The translations under genes were made by a program, and so were the position numbers. This document shows positions 32,171 to 40,357 of a stretch of DNA of 64,000 bases, one piece after another. This DNA is from Alphaproteobacteria bacterium (GTDB lineage: Bacteria; Pseudomonadota; Alphaproteobacteria; JAAXGF01): assembly GCA_963555825.3 (NCBI GenBank), contig CAUVXB020000002.1, positions 1,120,001 through 1,184,000 on the forward strand, read 5' to 3'. A model generated the notes under the pieces. That model was not told the DNA's origin and did not search any database. It was given only the letters and a program-made list of their open reading frames with translations. Position 1 is the stretch's first letter. Each line of letters starts with the position of its first letter.

Positions 32171-32797
32171 ATGCCGCTCGAACTGTGGCTCGCTTTCGTC
32201 GCCGCGAGCAGCGTGTTGCTCGCCGTTCCGGGACCGACCATCATGCTGGTGGTCAGCTACGCGCTGGGGCGCGGCAGGCAATCCGGCTGGGCGACCGTGC
32301 CGGGCGTGACTCTCGGCGACTTCACCGCGATGACGATTTCATTGCTCGGCGCCGGCGCGGTGCTCGCCGCCTCGGCCGCGCTGTTCACCGCGCTCAAGCT
32401 GGCCGGCGCCGCTTATCTCATCTGGCTCGGCATCCAGCTCTGGCGCGCCGACGTATCGTCTGGGGACCTGGCCGCGACGGCCGTCGTGCTCGGACCGCGT
32501 CGCATGTTCGCGAACGCCTATGCCGTCACCGCGCTGAACCCAAAGAGCATCGTCTTCTTCATCGCCTTCGTGCCGCAGTTCGTCGCGACCGACCGGCCGC
32601 TGCTGCCGCAGTTCGTCATCCTCGAGGTCACCTTCCTGGCACTCGCGGCGATCAACGTCGCGCTGTGGGCGGTGCTCGCCGGCGAAATGCGCGCGCGCTT
32701 TCGCGAACCGGCGACGCTGCGCCTGGTCAACCGGATCGGCGGCGGCTTCCTGATCGGCGCGGGGCTGTTGACCGCGGCCGTACGGCGCGGTGTGTAG
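32171..32797 (+). CDS. LysE family translocator
   Basis: PGP motif, GAAYL.WLG, LNPK. Confidence 0.9.
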   Translation: MPLELWLAFVAASSVLLAVPGPTIMLVVSYALGRGRQSGWATVPGVTLGDFTAMTISLLGAGAVLAASAALFTALKLAGAAYLIWLGIQLWRADVSSGDLAATAVVLGPRRMFANAYAVTALNPKSIVFFIAFVPQFVATDRPLLPQFVILEVTFLALAAINVALWAVLAGEMRARFREPATLRLVNRIGGGFLIGAGLLTAAVRRGV

Positions 32798-32940
32798 AGT
32801 TTTGTGCGTTTGATTCGACTCGGACCAAATCTACCAGCCCGCGCCAATCTAATTGGGACAAGAGACGGGCCGCCGACCGTTCGGCCACCCTTGATCCAAT
32901 AAGACTGGCGAGCGCGGCGATTGACCGCAAAAATACTCTA
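32795..32940 (-). repeat. Repeat family 1, copy D, with terminal inverted repeats
   Basis: TAGAGTTTTGTGCG ... CGCAAAAATACTCTA; both ends coincide with TAG stops of convergent genes. Confidence 0.82.
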
Positions 32941-34086
32941 CTGGCGGCGCGGCCGGGCGACCAGCCCCGCCGCGACGACCAGGGCCGCCGCCGCCGCGAG
33001 CGATGGTGCGGTGAAGCCGCCGCCCAGGTCATGGACGACGCCGGCGAAGGTCGGGCCGATCATCTGGCCGAGACCGAAGGCCGCGGTCATCAGCGCCAGC
33101 AGGCGGCGCGGGTCGCCGGCCGCCAGGCCACGGGCGTGGATCAGGCCCAGCGCAGTGATGCCCATGAAGGTGCCGCCGAGCAGCGCCGCGGCGAGGAGGA
33201 CGGCGGCCGGGTCGGCGATAAGCGCGCTGATCGCGACGCCGACGGCCTCGACCAAGCAGGCGAGCGCGAAGCCGCGGTCGTTGCCCCAGCGACGCCCGAT
33301 CCAGGCCCAGAGCGCGACCGACGGGACGGCGGCGAGACCGACGGCCAGCCAGACCACCGGCTCGATCGCGCGCAAGGACGGCTCGGCGCGCACCATCGTC
33401 GAAATGAAGGTCGCGGTGATGACATAGCCGAAGCCGAACAGGCCGTAAGCGACGGTCAGCGCCGCCAGTCGGCGGTCCCTCCTGTCTATCGGCTGCGTAT
33501 CAGAAGGTGCCTCGACGGGCAGGCCACGCGGCACCAGCCGGGCCGCCGCGCCGAGCGCGCCAAGCGAGAGCGCACCGTTGGCGAGCCACTGTGCGCGCCA
33601 GCCGAAACCGGCCAACGCGGCGACGAGCACCGCAGAGACCGCGATGCCGACGCCGACGCCGGCGAAATGCAGCGCCGCAAGACCGGGCCGTCCGGCCGCC
33701 GCCAGCCGGTCGAGCACCAGCGCCGAGGCGAACACCAGCACGAAGGCGCTGGCCGCCCCGCCGGCCAGGCGCAGCAACACGAACGCGGTCATCGACCCGA
33801 CGAACCCCATGGCGCCGGTCGTCAGCGCGCTCAGCCCGAGCCCCGCGAGGAACCAGGCGCGCCGCCCGCCGGGCAGCGCGCCCGCCGAGGCGGCCAGCGC
33901 GCCGGCGAGATAGCCGAGGAAGTTGGCCGACGCGATGACGCCGGCCGCCGGCGCGCTCAAACCGAGATCGTCGACCATGAACGGCAGGATCGGCGTATAG
34001 ACGAAGCGCCCGACGCCCATCGCCGCGGCGAGCGCGATCAGGCCACCGAACGCGATGCCGGTAGCGTGGCGGGATTCGGACTTCAT
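32938..34086 (-). CDS. YbfB/YjiJ family MFS transporter
   Basis: AMGVGRFVYTPILP, ANFLGYLAGAL, GFGYVITATF. Confidence 0.9.
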   Translation of the reverse strand: MKSESRHATGIAFGGLIALAAAMGVGRFVYTPILPFMVDDLGLSAPAAGVIASANFLGYLAGALAASAGALPGGRRAWFLAGLGLSALTTGAMGFVGSMTAFVLLRLAGGAASAFVLVFASALVLDRLAAAGRPGLAALHFAGVGVGIAVSAVLVAALAGFGWRAQWLANGALSLGALGAAARLVPRGLPVEAPSDTQPIDRRDRRLAALTVAYGLFGFGYVITATFISTMVRAEPSLRAIEPVVWLAVGLAAVPSVALWAWIGRRWGNDRGFALACLVEAVGVAISALIADPAAVLLAAALLGGTFMGITALGLIHARGLAAGDPRRLLALMTAAFGLGQMIGPTFAGVVHDLGGGFTAPSLAAAAALVVAAGLVARPRRQ

Positions 34087-34146
34087 CGCTCCAGGATATC
34101 AGGCGGCGCGGCCCGTCACCATGTATGGGGACCGAGCACAATGCAC

Positions 34147-34178
34147 AAAACAAACCGGGCGGGGTTGCCCCCGCCCGG
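34147..34178 (-). terminator. Intrinsic terminator after the surface lipoprotein gene
   Basis: CCGGGCGGGG..CCCCGCCCGG hairpin plus T-rich tail on the minus strand. Confidence 0.65.
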
Positions 34179-34204
34179 CGTCATTGACTCCAGGGGTTGA
34201 TTGT

Positions 34205-34678
34205 CTAGCCAAGGATCTCCCAGCTGCCGTCGGGTTGGCGGCAGGCGGTGCCGTAGGCCGACTGCAGCTCGCCGCCGACGGTGACGGTCTGCTGGTATTC
34301 GCGGCAGTAGCGGCCGGTCTCGGACTGATAGGTCGCGGTCGGCGTGATGGAACCCGAATTGCCGCTGTCGGGGTTGATCCAGGATGAGGTCGCGCCGGTC
34401 GGTTGATACTCGAGCGTCTGCTGCGCGTTGCGCTCGGCATAGGCGATGTCGGCCTTGTCGAGCGAGCGGCCGACCTCGTTGCCGAGCAGCCCGCCCAGAA
34501 GTACGCCCGCGCCGACGGCGGCGAGCTGGCCCGTGCCCGAGCCGATCTGGCTGCCCGCCAGGCCGCCGAGACCGGCGCCGATCAGCGTGCCCAGCGTCTG
34601 CTTGTCGCCCTGATCCGAAACGCAGGCGCCGAGCGACAGCGCGGCGGCGAAGACGATGGCGATCGATGGATTCTTCAT
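34205..34678 (-). CDS. 17-kDa surface antigen-like (RT0821/Lpp0805) lipoprotein
   Basis: Lipobox LGAC, glycine zipper, WINPDSG, CREYQQ, GTACRQPDGSW. Confidence 0.9.
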   Translation of the reverse strand: MKNPSIAIVFAAALSLGACVSDQGDKQTLGTLIGAGLGGLAGSQIGSGTGQLAAVGAGVLLGGLLGNEVGRSLDKADIAYAERNAQQTLEYQPTGATSSWINPDSGNSGSITPTATYQSETGRYCREYQQTVTVGGELQSAYGTACRQPDGSWEILG

Positions 34679-34956
34679 GGTTCGAATGCCTCTTTCATGT
34701 GAGCCGTGCAGCTCTCGAACTGTATATAAACATAGATGCAAATATGATGTCAATAGTTTTTTCACATCTACCAATAAATTTGCCGATATAATGTTTAATT
34801 ATTGATTTTAGTTGTTTTGGGGAACCTACTAACGTCGACACACCGCCAGATCGCCAAAATTCTGACATATGCATATATGTTTGTGTGCAAAAATAGTTGC
34901 AAAGTTCCGACGAAAGCGCTATCATCCATCTCATGTTCGATGGTCAGGAACGTCAG

Positions 34957-35367
34957 ATGGCTCTGAAGTACAACGGCGCGCAGCGCGAGGAATACTTCAA
35001 CATGATCAGCCGTGTCGGCAGTCATTGGCTCGACGTGTTCGAGGGCCGGCCGGAATTCTACTCGGCGATTTTCTGGGATCTGTTCACCGGCATGTGGCTC
35101 AACAAGGGACCGGTCAGGAAGACCGACGTGCTGGGATTCATGAAGGCGGTCAAGAGCCCGCACACCGCGGCCAAATACGTCGACACCGCGGTGCGCCGCG
35201 GCATGCTGATCGAGTCGGACAACCCCGACGATGCGCGTTCCAAGCTGCTCGCGCTGTCGCCCGACATGAAGCAGCGTCTCGACGGCTTTCTCGACGCCGC
35301 GGTCAGCGAGGTGCGCAAGACCTGCCGCGTGCTCGACGTCAAGGGCCCCTCGCCCGAGGAGCCGTAG
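34957..35367 (+). CDS. MarR-like winged-helix protein
   Basis: TAAKYVD..VRRGML.E..NPDDARSKLL.LS wing motif. Confidence 0.7.
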   Translation: MALKYNGAQREEYFNMISRVGSHWLDVFEGRPEFYSAIFWDLFTGMWLNKGPVRKTDVLGFMKAVKSPHTAAKYVDTAVRRGMLIESDNPDDARSKLLALSPDMKQRLDGFLDAAVSEVRKTCRVLDVKGPSPEEP

Positions 35368-35574
35368 GCGCGCTCGATCGCGCCCATCCCCTGTCGAGCG
35401 ACCCCCCTTTCGCGCCCCGGCGAGGCGTTCCGCGGCACGAACGGTTGCGCCGCGCCGAACGAGGGACCGCGGGTTCTCGCCGACACCGCATTCGAACGAT
35501 CCCGACCGCCCGAGCCGGGCAAGCGGTGCCGCGCCCGAGGTCACCCGGGACGCCGGGATCGGCCGCCCCCGGCA

Positions 35575-35781
35575 CTACCAGGTCGGTCCGATTACGGGAA
35601 GGAGGTCGTGCTGCAGGCCCTTGACGGCGCTTTCGGTGCCACGCCCGAAAGCCCCGTCGATGCCGCGCCTGAGATAACCCAGCGCGCGCAGGTGCCGCTG
35701 CAGATCGCGGATCTGCGAGTCGCTCGCGCCGGTGCCGGGTCGCTTGAGCACGAGCCCGGCTTGTTGGTAGCTCAAGGGCAT
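35575..35781 (-). pseudogene. Peptidoglycan-binding domain (PG_binding_1) fragment
   Basis: IRDLQRHLRALGY..GIDGAFGRGTESAVKGLQ, then an abrupt stop. Confidence 0.7.
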
Positions 35782-35792
35782 CGCGTGTCTCC

Positions 35793-35987
35793 TTAAGTGA
35801 CCGCGGCGCTCATCACGGCGAGCACCGCCGACTGTGCCGACCCCGGACTCAATCGGCCCGTGGCCTTGTCGACGATCAGACCGCGCATGTTGATGGCACC
35901 GGTTAATATCTTTATGCCGATCACCAACGTCAGGAATCCGAGCACGGCCCAGACCTCAAAGCGGATTACGGGAATGAGCTGCTCCAC
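35793..35987 (-). CDS. Small membrane protein (possibly truncated)
   Basis: RBS GGGAG; one strong TM helix followed by TGAINMRGL. Confidence 0.55.
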   Translation of the reverse strand: MEQLIPVIRFEVWAVLGFLTLVIGIKILTGAINMRGLIVDKATGRLSPGSAQSAVLAVMSAAVT

Positions 35988-36123
35988 GCCGGCGCTCCCA
36001 AGTGTTCTATCTGCGCCACTCGATCATCAGCCCGTTTCGCGCGAGCAGCAGAAGCCGAGTGGCCGGAAAGGCGTTGCCTAAATGCCATCCAAATTCGCCG
36101 ACAATTAGTCGCCGGGTCAACCA

Positions 36124-36270
36124 TTAGCTGTCGGGAAAGGTCGCGGTGACTTTCCACGTCCCGTTTTCTTTTTCCTTCTCAACCTTCGTGGCTCCCGCAT
36201 CCTTAAAATCCTTGACGGTGCTTTCGACTTCGCTGTCGGGAACACCAGTTAGCTCCTCCCGTCTCGGCAT
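36124..36270 (-). CDS. 48-aa hypothetical protein (below the ORF track cut-off)
   Basis: RBS AGGAGAGG; MPRREELTGVPDSEVESTVKDFKDAGATKVEKEKENGTWKVTATFPDS. Confidence 0.7.
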   Translation of the reverse strand: MPRREELTGVPDSEVESTVKDFKDAGATKVEKEKENGTWKVTATFPDS

Positions 36271-36442
36271 TTCATCCTCTCCTAAATCACGGGGTTAATC
36301 GAGTCTCATGTAAGAGGGGCGAACCCCCGGGCAGAACCGGGAGCAAGCGGGATGCCTGGAACGGAATACCCGCACAGAGACTCGGTTTTGCAGACGCTTG
36401 GCCCCACATGCTGAACCTCCGTGCTCGGGGGTCTTGCCCCTG

Positions 36443-36649
36443 TTACAGTCTCAAGTTCGTGATTGCCTTGCGGCGCGCATCAGCCAATAGATTTCCTCGA
36501 AGAAACCTGTTAATCGAAATTTGTTCGAGATTGTTTTTCTTCATCCATTCTCGCATCCGCTGTTCAGTCAGTGCATCCGCATTGTCACCGTCAGGTTTCA
36601 AAAAACGCCTCAACACATCGTCAGGTTTGTCGTCGAAAATTGGAAACAT
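36443..36649 (-). CDS. 68-aa protein paralogous to the C-terminal domain of the upstream lipoprotein
   Basis: LRRFLKPDG..MREWMKKNN..ISI aligns with LRKFWKPDG..IQAWMDANN.VSI. Confidence 0.65.
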   Translation of the reverse strand: MFPIFDDKPDDVLRRFLKPDGDNADALTEQRMREWMKKNNLEQISINRFLRGNLLADARRKAITNLRL

Positions 36650-36692
36650 TCATCTGCCTTTTTTACAGACCCAACGCTTGAACTGATTCAAC

Positions 36693-38346
36693 GGGTGCGA
36701 GTCTCGCATGGCAGTGATGTCTGCGGCTTGGTTCGTTGAGTTCAGGCAGCGATTGCCATGGCTGCTGCACGTGGACTGATGTTGTCGTTGGCCGGTGTGT
36801 CGGTTGCGCTGATCAGGGCCTTCCATGCCCGCTCGAAGCGGCCGGATTTGATCAGGGCGCGGAAGGTCAGAACAGCCTGTCCGCCGACGATCCGCCAGCG
36901 CATGCCGGAGCGCTTCATGCGCTGTGTCACCAGGGTCTTGTTGGCAGCTTCGACCACGCCTGAGCCGATGGCGATGCCCTCTTCCTTCAGGGCGTGGTAG
37001 CGCATGCGATGGCGATGCTTGCGGAAGAAGGCGAGTTCCCGCTCGGTCTCGGCCCGGTCCGGCGCAGCGGCGGCATCGCGAAGGTGGCGCAGCGCCCGGA
37101 TCACCTTGGCGACGCCACGGGGATCGTGACGGAGGATCTCGCGGTACTTCTCGAACCAGCCGGGCGCCACGGCATGGTCGGACGCGGTTTGCAGATGTTC
37201 GCAAGCATGCCAGAAGTCGATCACCTCGGTTTCGGGCGACAGGGTCTCCAGGAAGGTCCAGTTGTCGGCGGCGCCATCGGCGATAGCGACGATCCCGATC
37301 TCGGGGCGTGCTCGCCTGATGTGTGCGACTTCGCTTGCAAGCTGCGCCTTCAGCGTGAGCTTGCCGCTCTCCGGCATGCGGCCGAGATAGAGGGTCTTCA
37401 GGCGCTTGCCCTCGGCGTCGTGGAAGGAGACCGTGCCGCAGGCAGCCTCGCGCCAGGAGGCCTTGGCGCGACCGTCCTCGCCGGGTCTCAGCGGCACCAT
37501 GACGCCGTCGAGGGAGACCGAGGCGGTGGTCGCGTCCTGCGGTATGCCCTCGGCCTCACGGATGCTGCCCAGCGTCTCCGGGCCGAGGCTCTCCCAGCAT
37601 TCGTGCATGCTCAGGGTCAGGCGCTGCAGGGTGCTCACCGACGGCGTCATGGCGCCGGTCTTCGCAAAGAACGCCGCCGCTTCCCGGGCCGTGCAGTGAC
37701 CCATCATCAGCAGACCGAGCTCGGCCGCCGGCCGCGTCAGGTAATCGTCGACGAGGCCCAGGCTCTCGTCGACCGGCACCGGCGATGCCCCGCTCGCGCC
37801 GCTGCGGTAACGCGCTCGCCGGTAGGTCACCGGACCGAGCGAGGTCATGATCGTCTTCGGCGTCACCGCGACCCGGAACCAGCTCTGCCCGTCCCGCTCG
37901 ATCCGGGAAGCGCCATCGTCCCGGTTCTCGATGACGGCGCCCATGACATCGCGAGCGAACTCGTTCGTGGCCTCACGCACCCGCAACTCGACCTCCTCGG
38001 GCGCCTCGGGGCGCGGCTCGGAACGAAGCTCCTCGCGACACAGTGCGAGCACCCGGGCGGCCGCCTCGACGACCCGAGGAGGCAGGCCGGAAAGATCGAT
38101 GGACGAAGGCGCCGGAGGCGGGGATACTGCCATGGGAATGCTCCCGATGTTGGGTTTCGAGACACGGCATCGTACCGCTTCTGGCGGTGCGGAGCGTTCC
38201 CACCTTCCCCTGCTCGACCCTGCCGTCGTGACAAAATCCTGCCTTGGAGCGGCCCATTGTCACGAATAGCCGATTTCGGCCGTTCGTCTCGACACAAAAA
38301 ACGCACTAAATCAATGACTTAGATTTTCCATACCAGACCCACACCC
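36693..38346 (-). mobile_element. ISKra4-like insertion sequence (1654 bp)
   Basis: Imperfect IRs GGGTGTGGGTCTGGTATGG / GGGTGCGAGTCTCGCATGG; 8-bp duplication GATTCAAC/GCTTCAAC (one mismatch). Confidence 0.85.
36742..38133 (-). CDS. ISKra4/UPF0236-type transposase
   Basis: SLDGVMVP, ADGAADNW, DFWHACEHL, IGSGVVEAANK, RMKRSGMRW. Confidence 0.9.
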   Translation of the reverse strand: MAVSPPPAPSSIDLSGLPPRVVEAAARVLALCREELRSEPRPEAPEEVELRVREATNEFARDVMGAVIENRDDGASRIERDGQSWFRVAVTPKTIMTSLGPVTYRRARYRSGASGASPVPVDESLGLVDDYLTRPAAELGLLMMGHCTAREAAAFFAKTGAMTPSVSTLQRLTLSMHECWESLGPETLGSIREAEGIPQDATTASVSLDGVMVPLRPGEDGRAKASWREAACGTVSFHDAEGKRLKTLYLGRMPESGKLTLKAQLASEVAHIRRARPEIGIVAIADGAADNWTFLETLSPETEVIDFWHACEHLQTASDHAVAPGWFEKYREILRHDPRGVAKVIRALRHLRDAAAAPDRAETERELAFFRKHRHRMRYHALKEEGIAIGSGVVEAANKTLVTQRMKRSGMRWRIVGGQAVLTFRALIKSGRFERAWKALISATDTPANDNISPRAAAMAIAA

Positions 38347-38412
38347 GCTTCAACCCTCAACTCAGCAAAGTCCGCGCTGAGAATAAAGAAAGCGATGGAA
38401 ACATTTACATTA

Positions 38413-39132
38413 GGGGCTGTCCTAGCTAAGCGGCATGCTTAGGCTAGGATGGCGGGATGTACGAGAGGAAAAGCCGGCTCAGTGATTGGAAGCGCGGTCG
38501 TCTGATTGAGCACTTCGTTGCGGGTACGACGGCTCGGGCAGCAGCCGAACTGGTTGGCGTCCACCGGAACACGGCGGCCTCGTTTTATACTCGGCTTCGC
38601 AAGGTGATTGCCGAGGAAATGGAGAAGGCCTCGCCTTTTGCCGGAGAGATCGAGGTTGATGAGAGTTATTTTGGCGGCCGCCGCAAAGGCAAGCGGGGTC
38701 GAGGCGCTGGCGGAAAAGTCCCGGTTTTCGGGCTTTTGAAGCGAGGTGGGAAGGTCTACACGGCGATGATTCCCAATGCCCGGACTGCCACGTTGATGCC
38801 GATTATGGAGCGTATGATCCGGCCTGACAGCATCGTCTATACGGACGGCTTTTCGAGCTATGATGCCCTGGACGTTTCGGACTTCCACCATGTTCGGATC
38901 AATCACTCGGAGCGGTTCGTCGACGAGCGGAGCCATATCAACGGGATCGAGAACTTCTGGAACCAGGCGAAGCGGCATTTACGGCGCTTCAATGGCGTCC
39001 CGAAACAGAGCTTTCACCTGTTCCTCAAGGAGTGCGAATGGCGGTTCAACGGAGGTGACCACCGAGAACTGCTTAACCAATTGAAGACATGGATTATTTT
39101 GAGACAGAAACGCCCTTAGCTAGGACAGCCCG
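38413..39132 (+). mobile_element. IS1595-family (IS1016-like) element, copy 1 (720 bp)
   Basis: IRs GGGCTGTCCTAGCTAAG / CTTAGCTAGGACAGCCC; TTACATTA duplication. Confidence 0.93.
38457..39119 (+). CDS. IS1595 family transposase
   Basis: EVDESYFGG, GKRGRG, YTDG, HINGIENFW, FLKECEWRFN. Confidence 0.95.
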   Translation: MYERKSRLSDWKRGRLIEHFVAGTTARAAAELVGVHRNTAASFYTRLRKVIAEEMEKASPFAGEIEVDESYFGGRRKGKRGRGAGGKVPVFGLLKRGGKVYTAMIPNARTATLMPIMERMIRPDSIVYTDGFSSYDALDVSDFHHVRINHSERFVDERSHINGIENFWNQAKRHLRRFNGVPKQSFHLFLKECEWRFNGGDHRELLNQLKTWIILRQKRP

Positions 39133-40166
39133 TTACATTATTCGCATCCATCCAGGCTTGTATCGTGTCTCTGTTCCCAACGACGATATTGTTACCGTCA
39201 GGCTTCCAGAATTTTCTGAGGGTGATGCCAGCGTCGTCCTTTTCGAATTTTCCTTTAACAATATTCTTAATTTCCTCATCTGCCTGCCCTTCCTTGACCC
39301 CAGAATCCTTTTGAACGGCCTGCAGGGCGCCGAGAAAGGTACCTGCTTGGTAGTAGATGTGCAGATCCGAGAGCGCCTGCTCGAACGAGTAGACCTCCAA
39401 AGTCTGACCACTACCTTTGAGAATTGGAATCAGGGCCTTCTTACGCTCGGCGTTCATCGCCGTGATGAGCACCGGGACGGTCTTCTGTTGGAAAAAATTC
39501 TTGTTGATCGAGGTCCGCGACGCGCTCGTGCCGCCGGAGATAGCGGCGATAATTGCCTTCGTCGAGGCCGCACCGACGAGAGTGCCCGCCAGATCGAGGC
39601 CGATCACCAAAATGTCTGCTGCGGTATCCAGTTGTGCCTTATCGACGGCAAATCTTCTGATAAACTTAATGTACTGAATGTTCATCAGCGTTAGCCTCAC
39701 GCCAATAAACTCGTTGCGTTTGTCGAGTCTTTCATTCGGCTTAGTAGCATAAAAGCCTGTTACTGTTACCTGTTTTGTCTTGAGCTCGTCCTCCAGATCC
39801 TGAATATCCTGGTCTACGTTGAACGACTGGTCCGGTGCGCCCGGTTTCGTGATTGCGCCGCATCCCCCTACAGCGAGGCCGCAGCAAACCAACAATGCCG
39901 GAAATATTGCCCTGAGTCTCATCGCCGCCTCCCCTGCGCATCGGCAGCGCGGGAGGCTCGTCGGCGTTTCCCGGACCGCAGACACGCTATGTTATCTTGG
40001 CGGTCGTTGCGCCGCCGAGAAATGATAGCAATTTCTAACCGTTTAGCAATTTTTTAGTTGTTGTTTCAACCGGTAACGGAAAAAGACTATGACGTGTCGC
40101 CACAGGCGTCGACACGCAGCCGCTAGGCTCGTGAGGTCGTCGGCCGGCGAACCGATATGCGGACGA

Positions 40167-40202
40167 AAATGAGACCCGCGGCGGAAATGAGACCCGCGGC
40201 GG
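40167..40202 (+). repeat. 18-bp tandem duplication
   Basis: AAATGAGACCCGCGGCGG x2. Confidence 0.8.
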
Positions 40203-40226
40203 AGACGCGCGCCGCAGGATTGGGGC

Positions 40227-40310
40227 GGCTTGCCTGGACACCGCGGTCGGCGAGGTGTGCAAGACCGGCCGCGTGCGCGACGTCAAGGCCCCTCGCCCGA
40301 GGGGCCGTGA
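40227..40310 (+). repeat. Degenerate direct copy of the 3' end of the MarR-like gene (35284-35367)
   Basis: CCGCGGTC.GCGAGGTG.GCAAGACC.GCCGCGTGC.CGACGTCAAGG..CCCCTCGCCCGAGG.GCCGT present in both. Confidence 0.88.
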
Positions 40311-40357
40311 GGGACGCGCCGCCCGCACCCGCGCATCCCGGTCGGGGCGGCGGTGCC

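Larger units (their letters stand above)
36663..39922 (-). pseudogene. 289-aa lipoprotein gene split by IS1595 and an ISKra4-like IS
   Basis: RBS GGGAGG, signal peptide ending LAVGG-C; segments 39922-39133, 38404-38347 and 36684-36663 total 870 nt in frame, ending ...LRVEAVQALGL*. Confidence 0.85.

Noticed and set aside
34680-34950. AT-rich intergenic region as an sRNA or CtrA-box cluster
   Set aside because: No full TTAA-N7-TTAA site or convincing structure; explained by divergent promoters.
40167-40202. Possible CRISPR-like repeat
   Set aside because: Only two abutting 18-bp units, no spacers and no cas genes; no CRISPR array seen anywhere in the window.
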